Assembly (NCBI GenBank): GCA_963829055.1
Contig: CAWHHI010000020.1
Coordinates: 512,001 to 576,000 of the forward strand
Origin: an uncultured Gemmatimonadaceae bacterium
GTDB taxonomy: Bacteria; Gemmatimonadota; Gemmatimonadetes; Gemmatimonadales; Gemmatimonadaceae
Direction: 5' to 3'
Length of the DNA: 64,000 nucleotides
Part shown: one piece after another, positions 1 through 10,951 of the stretch
How positions within the stretch are numbered: the stretch's first letter is position 1
Layout of the letters: each line of letters opens with the position of its first letter
Notes under the pieces: model-generated
The model's database searches: none
The model's input: the letters and a program-made list of their open reading frames with translations, nothing else
What the model was told of the DNA's origin: nothing
Position numbers and translations under genes: made by a program

Positions 1-493
1 TCAATGACGCACGTCCAAGCCACGCCATCGAGAGCGCAGGCGAACGCCAGAATCGCGCGTGGAGTCGCGCCAGTGCCGCCAGAAGCTCGTCCTCGTGTGA
101 GCGCGCGATGGGCTCGCGCACGTCGGGGAACACGTGCGCTCCGATGTCCTCCATCAGCAGGCCCGATCGGCCACCCTCGACCGCGTACGCGACGTACGGC
201 GACACGAAGGCTTCCCACACTGCGTCGAGGGCGCGCTCGGCGAGGAGGGACCACTCGCGTCCCACGCGATCCCCGGTCCGAATCGCGGTCCACTCGCGCG
301 CCGGATCGCAGAGCTTGAGGACGAAGCGCCGCGTCTCGCCGGAGGGGAGCACCGCGACGATTCGCCCGTGAACGGCCCCGGAGAACCCGACGGTCGAGAG
401 AGGCTCCTCGCGCACACTAACCGCACCGAGCGTCGCCGGGTCTGTCAGGTCCGCGAGACAGTTCACACGGAGGGCCGGTGTCGGGCGCCGCAT
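1..493 (-). CDS. Phosphotransferase (APH/choline kinase-like) family protein, N-terminal part, runs off the window edge
   Basis: Not in the ORF track. Manual minus-strand translation from ATG at 493 is open to base 1: MRRPTPALRV...GFSGAVHGRI...RFVLK...GRE...LLMEDI...LARLHARFW, a kinase-like N-lobe pattern. Confidence 0.6.
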   Translation of the reverse strand, partial: MRRPTPALRVNCLADLTDPATLGAVSVREEPLSTVGFSGAVHGRIVAVLPSGETRRFVLKLCDPAREWTAIRTGDRVGREWSLLAERALDAVWEAFVSPYVAYAVEGGRSGLLMEDIGAHVFPDVREPIARSHEDELLAALARLHARFWRSPALSMAWLGRASL

Positions 494-497
494 CAGA

Positions 498-2073
498 TCA
501 CGGCTTCCACAAGGGAGGTGGAAAATTCCCGTAGCCCGTCGTCCACGAAAGCGGTATCTCCAGCCCCGTGCTCACGTTGAGCAACGTAACCGTTGTCCCC
601 GCCCACCCATCGCGCGGCTCGAAGGCCGCGAAGATCCACTGCCCATCGGGCGACCACTTCACACCGGGAACGTACTTGCGCCCCGGCGGCGAGAGGGCAC
701 GCGCGCCGGTGCCGTCAGACCGAATCGTCCAGATCTGGTTATTGGCCGCCGTGTAGGCGATCAGCTCCCCACTCGGCGCCCACTGCGGGCGCTGGCCACC
801 GGGCGCGATCTCTCGCACTGACCTGTTCGCGATCGTCAGTATCCGCACCGAATAGCCGGTCCGGTTCCCTGTCTGGTTCTCGAACGCGATTCGCGTTCCG
901 TCCGGCGAAATCGATGGCCATTTATTCACGAGCTCGAAGCACTCGTTGCCACCCGGAGGACTGAGCCGGTCGATGACCTGCGGACTCGTTAGGTGCAGCC
1001 GATAGATGATCTGGCTGAAATTGCAGTTACCGGCTGACATGTAGACCCACTGTCCGTCCGGCGAAGCCGTGAACCCCCCGTCCATTACCGCGGGCACGGC
1101 GATGCCACCCGCGCCCGTTCCGGACGTCGATGCGAGCAGCTGCATGGACCCGTTCAGCGAGACGCGATAGAGCGCGCTTCGCAGTGCTGAAGGTGCCGAG
1201 CAGGGCGAGAAACGACTGACCATCCGGCTGCCACTCGAGACCGAAATCGCTGGCTTCGAGATCGTGCGGGATCCCGACGAACGCGCTACCGTCGAGCGGT
1301 CCCGTCACGAACTTCGCGTTCCGCCGCACCAGGATGGTCGCGGCGGGAACGACGCTGACCCACGTCGTGTCGGGAGCGACCGAGCTTCGATCGAGTCGAC
1401 CAACGACGGCGGCACGAGCCGGCACACTCGTACCCACCTGGCCGCTGGCCGAAACCGTTATCCCCTGACCCACCAGCGCATAGGTCACGACCTCGGGGCG
1501 TAAGTTGAAGTACCGATCCTCCACGCGTCCACCGAGCGCGAACGTGCGCCCAACCTGGACGGTTGTATCCTCGACTGGCAGGGTCACGATCGCCGGCTGG
1601 CCGGGGAGCACCGTGTAGCGCACCGTGTCCACGAGACCCGCCTGCGGCACGGAGATCTCGACGCCCGCTGCACCAGCAAGATCACCCATGGTGATTCGTG
1701 CGGCGGCCGCGCCTTGAGCGGACGTCGTCTCGGCGAGGAATGTCTTGTCGACCTGGTTGCTCAAGTCGCCGACGAGCACGGTTTGCGTCCGGGGACCTAC
1801 CGGTTCGCCCAGCGGCACTGACGAAAAGCGCACGATGGCACCCGCGAGAACGTCTCCCGCCTGATCGCGCACGACCACGCGGAGCGGCTGCGGCAGGACG
1901 GCGTCGATCGTGTCGGTGACATTCGCGCCGGCGATGACATTGATCCCAGGTTCCCTGCCGTCAGGCCCGGTGGATTCAGCGCAGCTAGCCGTCACGACAG
2001 CGAACAACGCGAGGAGCGAGACGCGAGCGCAGCGGGCGGCACACGAAGAGGGCGAGATCATTCGGCGCATCAT
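498..2073 (-). CDS. Lipoprotein with Ig-like domains and TolB-like (PD40) beta-propeller; frameshift near 1175
   Basis: Signal peptide ending VVTASC; SPDG/WSPDG repeats; split over ORFs 1027..2547 and 498..1223. Start could be 2061, 2070 or 2073. Confidence 0.7.
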
Positions 2074-2337
2074 AAACGCCGGCACACCACGTCGCCATAT
2101 CCGGCTCGGCGTTAGGCACCGAGGCGTCGATTGCCTCCGTGGCGTGACCCGCGAGGTGAAGACGGAACACCGGCTCGCCGATGAGCCAGTAGCGAAAGCC
2201 CCCACCCCACAGTTAGCCGAACGTCGTATTGCTGCGCGTCCCGGTTCGCGGTCACGATTAGCCGTGATATCAGCGAAGACCGGCCGACGCGACGCGGGGT
2301 AATCGGCGAGTCTCCACACGAAAACCGAGCAGACCAG

Positions 2338-5236
2338 ATGGCAACCACGAGCTCTGCATTGGGTTTGCGGTTCGTTCGTGCGAGCCCGTGGCTGTGCCTT
2401 GGTGGCGCGACGCTTGGCGCCGTCGGGTTGTTCGGCTGGGTAAGCGGCGTGCCTGGTCTCACGACGATCGTGCCCGGCCTGCCGCCCATGATGCCGAAAA
2501 CGGCACTCGCACTCATGCTGATCGGCGGCGCCGGGGCGGCGCGCCAACCATCCGACAGCCGACCGCTGCGGAACGCGCTGTCGCTCCTGGCCACCCTCGT
2601 CGTGCTCGCGTTAGGCGCGTCGCAGCTGGCCGAGTATGCACTGGGGATCGATCTGCCGATCGATCGAGCCCTCGCACGCATTGACCTGACATTGTTCCTT
2701 GGGCGGTCGTCGCCGCCGACGACACTGGCTCTGACCTGCCTCTCCGCCGCGCTCCTCCTGTCGAACCTCGGCGCGACGGCCCGTGTGACCCTCTCGCAGT
2801 GGCTCATCCTCGGTGCTGCGCTCGTCGCGTTCACGGGCCTCACCGGAATCATCCTCGAAGCGGCGCCGCTCTACCGATTGGCGCGGACGCCCGTCATCGG
2901 CCTGAGCCTTCCTTCGGCGGTCAGCCTGCTCCTGACGTCGATGGGGCTGCTGCTCGCACGTCCCACCGATGGAGTCATGCGCGTGGCTGTCTCGCCAGGC
3001 CCCGGTGGCGTTCTGCTCAGACGCCTGGTACTGCCAGCCATCGTCGCACCGGTGCTGATCGCCTTCGTCGTCACACGAGTTTTCGCCGCTCGCGGCACCG
3101 TCGGGGTTTCTACCCCCGTGGCGATCCTCGCGGCGACGATGGCCGCGGTGAGTCTTGTTCTGCTCGTCGTCATTTCGGGGCCTCTCGACCTCGCGCATCA
3201 GGACGCGGAGGTGAGCCGCACGCACACCCGGAACCTCGTCGAGCAGGCACCCGATGGCATCTTCGTGGCCAATATCGACGGACGCTACACCGACGTGAAC
3301 GACGCGGGCTGCCGCATGCTCCAGTACTCCCGCGAGGAGCTCATCGGGAAGACGATCGTCGACCTGATCCCTCCGGAAGATGTCGGGCGGCTGTGGCAAT
3401 CGAGGGAGCGGCTTCTCGAGGGCACCGTGCAGGTTGACGAGTGGACGCTTCGGCGCAAGGACGGCACCTTCATCCCGGTGGAGGTGAGCGCGAGGATTCT
3501 CCCGGACGGGCGGTGGCAGGGGTTCGTTCGTGACATCGGCGAGCGCAAGCGGCTCGAGGATGCGCTTCGCCTCTCCGAGGCGATATCAACCGGGATCCTC
3601 TCGATCTCCGCTGACGCGATCATCTCCGTGGACGCGGATCAGCGCATCACGCAGTTCAACGAGGGCGCGGAGAAGATCTACGGCTACACGAAGGCGGAGG
3701 TGATCGGCGCCCCGCTCGACATGCTCGTTCCGGCGCGGTCTCGCGGCGCCCACCATCGACACGTGGCGCGCTTCGCGACGACACCAGGAATCGCCCGGAC
3801 GATGGGGGTGCGCGAAGGCATCGTCGGGCTCCGCAAGAATGGCGAGGAGTTCCCCGCTGACGTAGCGATCTCGAATCTGGAGGTCGGTGGGTCGCGCGTT
3901 CTGACGGCCATCGTTCGCGATGCCACGGAGCAGAGGCGAACGGAGAACGAGCAGCGATTCCTGGCCGAGGTCGGTCCGGTGCTGGCAACGACACTGGACT
4001 ACGAGGAGACGCTCTCACGTATCGCCGAAATGGCCACGCGGGGACTCGCCGACTTCTGCATCGTCGATCTCGTCGATGACAAGGGCGAGGTCCGGCGGGC
4101 GAGGGTCGTCAGCCGGGATCCCGCGAAGGTCTGGCTATGCGAAGCCCTGCAACGGCTTCCGCTCGGTCCGGGGCGGCCGCCCCTCGTCAGGTCCGTGCTC
4201 GAATCCGGGCAGCCGTTCCTCCTGCCGCGCCTAACGACGGAGGAGGTCGAACGGCTCGCTGCGACGGACGACCATCGTCGGTTAGTGATCGCGGCAGAGC
4301 TGGAGTCCGTCATGGTCATCCCCCTCATCGCGGCTGGAAGACGCCTGGGCGCAATGTCCTTTCTGTCCGCGACCCCATCCCACCTGTACGGGCCGGACGA
4401 CTTGCGCATGGCGCACGAGCTCGCGCAGCGAGCAGCACTCGCCGTCGACAGCGCCCGCCTCTATCGCGCCGCGCAACGGGCGATCCAGATGAGGGACGAC
4501 GTACTCGGCATCGTGGCTCACGATCTCCGAACTCCACTCTCGCTGATCCTTCTCGAAGCCCAACTCATTGAACTGAGCTCGCACGGCGCCGAGCGCCGGT
4601 CGCGGGAACGCTGCCGAGGCGATCGATCGGGCGGCGACCCGCATGAATCGCCTCATCCAGGACCTCCTGGACGTGACCAGCATCGAAGCCGGCCAGCTGA
4701 CCATCGAACACAACCGCCTGGCCAGTGCACAGGTTGTGTCCGACACGGTGAAAGCCCACCGCGCGTTGACGTCCGCTGTAGCCATCGAGTTTCGGCTGGC
4801 CACGTCGCCGGAGGTTCCTGAGATCTGGGCGGATCGTGACCGGATCCTCCAGGTGTTCGACAACCTCATCGGGAATGCCGTCAAGTTCACCGCACCAGGT
4901 GGGTCCATCACTATTGGAGCGGCCCCTCGAGATGCCGGCGTGCTCTTTTGGGTTGGCGACACGGGGCCCGGGATCGCGATCGAGGACCAGGCGCACCTGT
5001 TCGATCGGTTCTGGCGCGCGCAGCACACAAAACGCGCCGGTGCGGGTTTGGGACTCGCTATCGTCAAGGGCATCGTCGAGGCCCACGGCGGTCGTGTCTG
5101 GGTCGAGAGCGCGCCAGCGCGAGGGAGCACGTTCTACTTCACGATCCCGGCAGCGCCGCCGATGGAGCTGACAACGGGGACAACGGGCGATCCGCCCGCG
5201 AGTCGCATCGGCGGTGTCCCGCAAGCGTCTGCGTGA
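2338..5236 (+). CDS. Membrane-bound PAS-PAS-GAF sensor histidine kinase; frameshift near 4609
   Basis: N-terminal TM helices, two PAS repeats, GAF, H-box AHDLRTPL; HATPase boxes (NLIGNAVKF, DTGPG, GAGLGL) in ORF 4643..5236. Confidence 0.85.
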
Positions 5237-5257
5237 TATCCTGACAGCCGCCACAGG

Positions 5258-5629
5258 TCAGGTGGCAAACGCTCCTTGAATGGCGGGCAACAGGTCGTCA
5301 ACCACCTTCATCTTGGAAACGAAGGCTGAGGCCCCCGCCGTCAGAACTCTAGTCCGAGTGAACGCATCGTCAGCGCCGGACACCACAACGATCTTCGCGT
5401 GTGGGATTACTCCCCTGAGGTGCCGACACGTGTCCAGTCCGTCGTGTGTCGGCATGAACAGATCGACGACGATGACGTCGGGTTGGAGTCTGCTCGCGGC
5501 GTCGAACAACGCGCCGACGTCAGTGACACAGCCCACCACGTCGCACGACGGTGCCAGCAGCCGCTCGAACGCGTTCAGGATCCCCGCGTTGTCGTCGGCC
5601 AGTAGAACGCGCAGTCGTGGGCTACTCAC
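5258..5629 (-). CDS. Single-domain response regulator receiver
   Basis: VLLADD...VVDLFMP...VVSG...FVSK motifs; likely GTG start at 5629; convergent with the kinase. Confidence 0.8.
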   Translation of the reverse strand: MSSPRLRVLLADDNAGILNAFERLLAPSCDVVGCVTDVGALFDAASRLQPDVIVVDLFMPTHDGLDTCRHLRGVIPHAKIVVVSGADDAFTRTRVLTAGASAFVSKMKVVDDLLPAIQGAFAT

Positions 5630-5988
5630 AAAGAATTCCGAGCACGCTCGACGATCTCGGGAGTCGCGCTGCAAGGGATTTCTTTCCCATGAACAGGTCG
5701 GGGAAAGCTGGGGCCAGCGAAGCCTGCGGGAGATCGAGTCTGCCTCGGCGCGTCTGATCACGTGTTCGGTCGCACCACACGCTGCCAACGTAGTTCCCCG
5801 CGTCAACTCGCCGCCAGCGCCTCTCTCATCTCCGACTCGCAGTCCCGGCGGATCCCCACTCACGTCGACAATCACGCCGGCGCTGAACTAGAGAGACAGG
5901 GCCACGTCGCGGTCTCGAAACTCCAGTGGGCTCGCACCGTACAGCCCGCGAATCATCCCGTGGAGTGGGGCATGCCGTGGAGTGGGGC

Positions 5989-7492
5989 ATGGTGACACAT
6001 GCGGCGAGAAACGGTGGAGCGCAGCGCCGAGTCCTGATGTCCATTCTCGCCTTTGCTTGCACCGGCGTGGCGACCGCACTGCTCGCCGGCTCGCTCGCCG
6101 CGCGCGGCGTGAACGCGGTTCTCGTCGCGCCGCCGGAGATCGACACGGCCGCCGTCGGGCGGTTCGTCAGCGCTTATTGCGCGCGCACCGGGCTGCCCGG
6201 AGCCGTCGTCGCGATCACCAGGGGCAATCGCGCGATCTATCTCGGTGGCCAGGGGACGAGCTCCGACGGCTCGCCGCTCGATGCGGACTCCCGGCTTCCG
6301 ATCGCTTCGCTCAGCAAGTCCTTCACCGCGCTGGCGATCATGCAGCTCGTCGAGAGGGGAACGCTCGACCTCGACCAGCCAGTACGCCGCTTCCTCCCCG
6401 AGTTCGTCGTGGCCGATGCGCGCGGTGACCGGATCACCGTCCGTCAACTCCTCGACCACACGTCGGGGATGGCGGACACCGAGTTCCCGGAGAAGAGCAT
6501 CCCGACGCCGGTATCGTTGCGAGACGCCGTCGCGCGTCTGCGCACGGCCCGCCTGGCCAGCGATCCAGGGACGTCCTTCCACTACCACAACCCGAACTAC
6601 TGGGTGGCCGCGCGACTGATCGAGGTGGTCAGCGGCGAATCATTCCCCGACTATCTGCAGCGGCACGTGTTCGATCCCGCAGGGATGCACGCCAGCACCA
6701 CGGCCGGCAGCCTCCCTTCCGTCGCGGACGTGGCGCACGGTCACATCCGGTTCTATGGCGCGTCGCTCGCGCTTCCCGAACCGCCATGGTACCTCGAGGG
6801 TGCCAGCGGCGTGGTGACGACCGCGCGCGATCTCGCGCGCTGGCTGATCGTCCAGAGCACCGGGGGCGTGTCGGCCGACGGTGTTCGGCTGATCTCGGCG
6901 GCAGAGCGTCGACGCGATGCACCGCAAGGACCTTGGCTGGAGTCTCGACCAACGGACGGGTGCAGCGCACCACGCGGGATGGCTGTTCACGTTCACCGCC
7001 AGGCAGGTCGTGCTGCCTAACGGCTATGCGATCGCGGTGGCGACGAACCGTGGCGTGAGCGTGGGCCCGGACGACAGCGAGGAGATCATGCGCGGGCTGA
7101 TCGCCATGACGCGCGGCGAGACACCCACCGTGGGCGCGCCAGTCGGCCGGATCATTGACCTCGTGCTGCTCCTGCTCACGCTCGGCGTCGGCGCGGCGGG
7201 TATCCGGAGCGTTCGACGCTCACGCACCTGGGCGGAGCGCTGGCACCGCCACGCCACGGTTTCGGCGGTACTTGGACTCGCCGCGTGGATCGCTCCGATC
7301 GTGACGCTCGCCAGTCTGCGCCGGATCGTCATGTATGTCTTCGGCGGCAGGGACGGCACGTGGACGCAGCTCGCGTACGTCGCGCCCTCGCTGGTGGTGA
7401 TGCTCGCCGTCGCGACGGCGTTCGGGGTGGTGATCGTCATCCTGCGGATCGTTCTCGTGACGCGGGACGGGACCCTCGGTCCGGGGTCCTAG
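5989..7492 (+). CDS. Serine hydrolase (beta-lactamase/PBP-like family) with C-terminal TM helices; frameshift near 6905
   Basis: SxxK (ASLSKS), LLDHTSG, YHN; continues in ORF 6917..7492 (HAG motif then TM segments). Confidence 0.8.
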
Positions 7493-7751
7493 CACGATCG
7501 GTCGGCGCGCACTGACCCCCTTCGGTCCCGCAGAGGGACGATAGGGTGGCGCTCTGGACCGCCACTGCGGGTGCGCTGCTCTTCGCGGCGTTAGGCGCGG
7601 GCTCCGCGGCCGGCCAACAAGGACAACAGGAGTGCTTTACTTCCGCCGGCGACGTGGGCCGGACCCGCTCGTTGCTCCGGTGCTCCCTCGAGCGTCGCTA
7701 CTGAGTATTGCTCAGCGCTCGCGAACCACCTCCCAACGCCGGAAGGGCCGA

Positions 7752-7976
7752 ATGATCAACGCAACGCCTGACCATGAGCGGCGCGCCGCCATCTCCGAGC
7801 GTCTGGCGCGGGTGCGCGGCGCCCTGACCGACGCCGAGTTCGCGCAGCTCGTCGTTGACGTCGCACGGACTGCGGAACGATTCGACGAGATCGTGGCGCA
7901 GCGCCGAGACGGGATGAGGGTGACGCATTACCGAAGGGCGCCGGAGCCCCTGAAGGACCGCAACGCGCGGGCGTAA
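7752..7976 (+). CDS. Small hypothetical protein
   Basis: ATG after GGAAGG; helical-looking 74 aa sequence MINATPDHERRAAISERLARVR... Confidence 0.45.
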   Translation: MINATPDHERRAAISERLARVRGALTDAEFAQLVVDVARTAERFDEIVAQRRDGMRVTHYRRAPEPLKDRNARA

Positions 7977-8012
7977 TCGCGCGGGTTGACGTGGCGTGGA
8001 CGCGCGCGATGG

Positions 8013-9442
8013 TCAGGGGAACTCGAAGCGAAGCGGTGCACGACCGCTCGGGAGGCGCTCCGGAATGAGCCGCCGCAGGTACTGCGGGCGAGCCGCCGGG
8101 TCGAGGAGGCCTCCGCTAACAAAGTCCACCAGCGCCTCGAGCTCGGCGTCCGAGAGTGCGACCGGCACCCGCAGCCGAGGGTCGAGCCGGGCCAGCGCGG
8201 GGGCCGTCGGCCCAAGCGGCCCGCGCAGGTCCGCCGCAAGGAGATCCGGCGTATACGAGCTCGCCTGCCCTATGGGGTCCAGGTGGTACCGGATCGCGTC
8301 CTTCAGCCTGACGAACGCGCCGTTGTGCATGAACGCCGGCTGCAGCGCCACGTTCCGGAGCGGCGACGTGCGGAACGCGTACCGATCGGCCGGGTCTCCC
8401 GTCACCTGCTCGAGCCCGAAGTCCTCGTTCAGGCCCGGCCCGTCGAAGGTCACGTTCCCGACCGCCGGCGCCACCTGCGGCACCGCGGTGACGTGCTCGC
8501 GGAAGTCGCTGAACATCTCGTTGGACTGGCCCGACACGGCGTGACACTGGACACATCCGGCCCGGCCGAAGAAGAGCACGGCGCCACGCTTTTGTCCCTC
8601 ACTGAGCGCATTGCGATCGCCGCGCGCGTAGCGATCGATCGGCGCGTCGGTGGTGACGAGCGTGAACTCGAACTCGGCGATCGCACGGCCGACGTGATCG
8701 AACGTGATTGGCGCGCCGGCCTTGACCTGCGGGAACGCTCGCGAGAAGAGGTCGCGGTAGTTCCGGTTGGCGTTCAGCCGGCGCAGCACCTCGTTTCGGA
8801 TGTCGTCGTTGTTCCCCGGGAACGTCGAACCCCGCAACCTCCACGCGCTCGGTGGGTGGGATGAACGCCTGCGCCGCGAGCAGGTGCGGCTGGTACGACA
8901 GCGTTAGGCCCTCGGGCTGCGGGAACTGAGAATCCGGCACGGTTGTCGAACGGGTTACCGGAGCGCGCGCGGAAGCGCGAGTTCCACATCAGCGTCGGGT
9001 AGAACGCCGTGTTGATCACCATCGGCGAGCGTCGCTGATTGCGCGGGCCGGTTCGCCCCGGACCCACGATCCCGTTGTTGTCGATCCCAATAGCGATCGA
9101 CTGCGTGTCACCGAAGCCGTTCGTGGGCGAGTGACAGCCTCCACACGTGTTGTCGTCGTTCAACCCGCCGATCGGGTCGAACCACAGCATGCGCCCGACC
9201 TCGGCGACCTGCTGATCGACGCGGCGACCGAGGCGCGCCTCGAGCGTGCTCGCCATACGGCCAGTGAAGCCGAGTGTGTTCAGGTACGTCTGCAGGTCAG
9301 CGTCCAATCCAGGTGCGCCCGCTACGGAGGCCGCCGGTGCCGGCACGGCAGTGATGCCATCCACCTCCGCGCGCTCGGTGCACGCGCCGATGGCAGGAAG
9401 CATTGTCGTGACTGCGAGGACCATCCACACATTCGCTTTCAT
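8013..9442 (-). CDS. Di-heme cytochrome c peroxidase / MauG family lipoprotein; frameshift near 8929
   Basis: Two CxxCH motifs (CGGCH, CVQCH), RRSPMVIN, WNSR, FRTSPLRNV, FMHNG; signal ending IGAC. Confidence 0.85.
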
Positions 9443-9555
9443 GGCCGACGCCGGGTCGTGGTGGGGCGATCGTCGATTCGGCGATCGCGGTCAAGCGTTA
9501 GGTGAGCGGCAAGCGGCCGCGGTGCGGCGCCTCACTGCACCGCGGCCGACTTGTC

Positions 9556-10077
9556 TCAGATGGGATCGCAGAAGATGTCCAGGCCCCGGACGACGGGATT
9601 GTCGACGGGCTCGAAGGCGGGGTACGTGAATTTGCCGCGGAGGTATACCCTGACGTCCGGCGTTTTCCCCTGTCCGAGGAGATTGAAGTGATCGACGATG
9701 TCGACTACGGTCGGGGGCGTGGTCGGGCTGACTGGGTCGACCCAGATTTGGGTGCCGGCGTAGTCGAACACATACGTGGACCCGTCCGTTCCGCTCGCCG
9801 TTCCATGCGCGCTCAGGTTGAGCACGACTTTCAATTCGCCCGTCGGGGACTGCGACACGCGGGTCACCGCGTGGAGGACGCCGGTGCCCGTGACATCCGT
9901 CGGTAGGGCGCACAGGGTGGCGGAGAGCGTGAACTGGACCGGGACCGTCGAGTTGTCCACCACCGCGGGTACGGCCTGTTTCGGCACGTTAGGCGGCGCG
10001 GATGGTGGCGAGACGGGTTCGGCGCAGGCGACGAGCGTAACGGCGCCGAGGGCGAGCAGTGAGGCGCGGAGCAGCAT
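9556..10077 (-). CDS. Hypothetical lipoprotein
   Basis: MLLRASLLALGAVTLVAC lipobox; GGAGG RBS upstream. Confidence 0.7.
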   Translation of the reverse strand: MLLRASLLALGAVTLVACAEPVSPPSAPPNVPKQAVPAVVDNSTVPVQFTLSATLCALPTDVTGTGVLHAVTRVSQSPTGELKVVLNLSAHGTASGTDGSTYVFDYAGTQIWVDPVSPTTPPTVVDIVDHFNLLGQGKTPDVRVYLRGKFTYPAFEPVDNPVVRGLDIFCDPI

Positions 10078-10390
10078 AGAACCTCCAGGGTTCTTGCCGG
10101 CAGAGCGCCGGCGGTGAACGTGTCCGACCGAACCGCGAAGCGACCAGATCGATCTCGTGCCTCGAGCTGCAAATCGCCACCGCCAGCATGGCCGGGGCGA
10201 CATCAAAGGTCCGCGACGATACGTCGCGTGACACCGAGACGTGTTTCATCGTGTTGCCTTCGGCAGGTCCCCCGTCCATGTTGTCACGGCACTGCGGTGG
10301 CGTCTCTGGTCACCGGGTAGAACGACGTAGCGAGCCAGGATGCGACATTGTGGTTTCGACGCGTTCTCACGGCGGGCGGTCTAACGGGAT

Positions 10391-10951
10391 ATGGATGGCT
10401 CGACGACACGCACCGACATCCTCGGGGAACAGCGTAGCGGTGCCTCCGAACCGCTCGACCGACTCGTGCCGATCGTGTACGCGGAGCTGCGCGCCATCGC
10501 CCATCGACAGCTTGCGATCGGTGGACGCGGCGGCACGCTCGCGACGACCGCGCTCGTCCACGAGGCGTACATCAAACTCGTCGACCAGTCGCAGGCGCAG
10601 TGGCGCGACCGTACACACTTCTTCGCCGTCGCGGCGCTCGCGATGCGGCATGTCCTGGTCGATCGAGCGAAGGCTCGCCGGAGGCTGAAGCGGGGCGGCG
10701 ACCAGCACCACGTCAGTCTCGACGAGGAGAACATCGGCGCCGACGATCAACCGGATGCGCTACTGGAGCTCGACGAGGCGCTGACCAGACTCGCCGCATT
10801 CGATCCGCGCCTCGCGCGCGTGGTCGAGTACCGCTTCTTCGGCGGCCTCACCGAGCAGGAGATTGCCGAGGCAATGGGCGTCACGCTGCGCACCGTCCAG
10901 CGCGACTGGGCAAAGGCACGCGCCCTCCTGCATCGCGCGCTCGCACCGTGA
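10391..10951 (+). CDS. ECF sigma factor, TIGR02999/kinase-associated type
   Basis: LVPIVYAELR, TLATTALVHEAY, MRHVLVD, YRFFGGLT, TVQRDW motifs; stop overlaps the kinase GTG. Confidence 0.9.
   Translation: MDGSTTRTDILGEQRSGASEPLDRLVPIVYAELRAIAHRQLAIGGRGGTLATTALVHEAYIKLVDQSQAQWRDRTHFFAVAALAMRHVLVDRAKARRRLKRGGDQHHVSLDEENIGADDQPDALLELDEALTRLAAFDPRLARVVEYRFFGGLTEQEIAEAMGVTLRTVQRDWAKARALLHRALAP

Noticed and set aside
4590..4620. Programmed ribosomal frameshifting at gene breaks
   Set aside because: No shared slippery sequence; the breaks hit unrelated genes, which fits sequencing error.
5989..7492. True beta-lactamase resistance gene
   Set aside because: Generic serine hydrolase motifs with C-terminal TM helices; no specific class A/C signature.
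9989..10279. Small ORF between the lipoprotein and the ECF sigma
   Set aside because: Overlaps the lipoprotein start and has no recognisable features.
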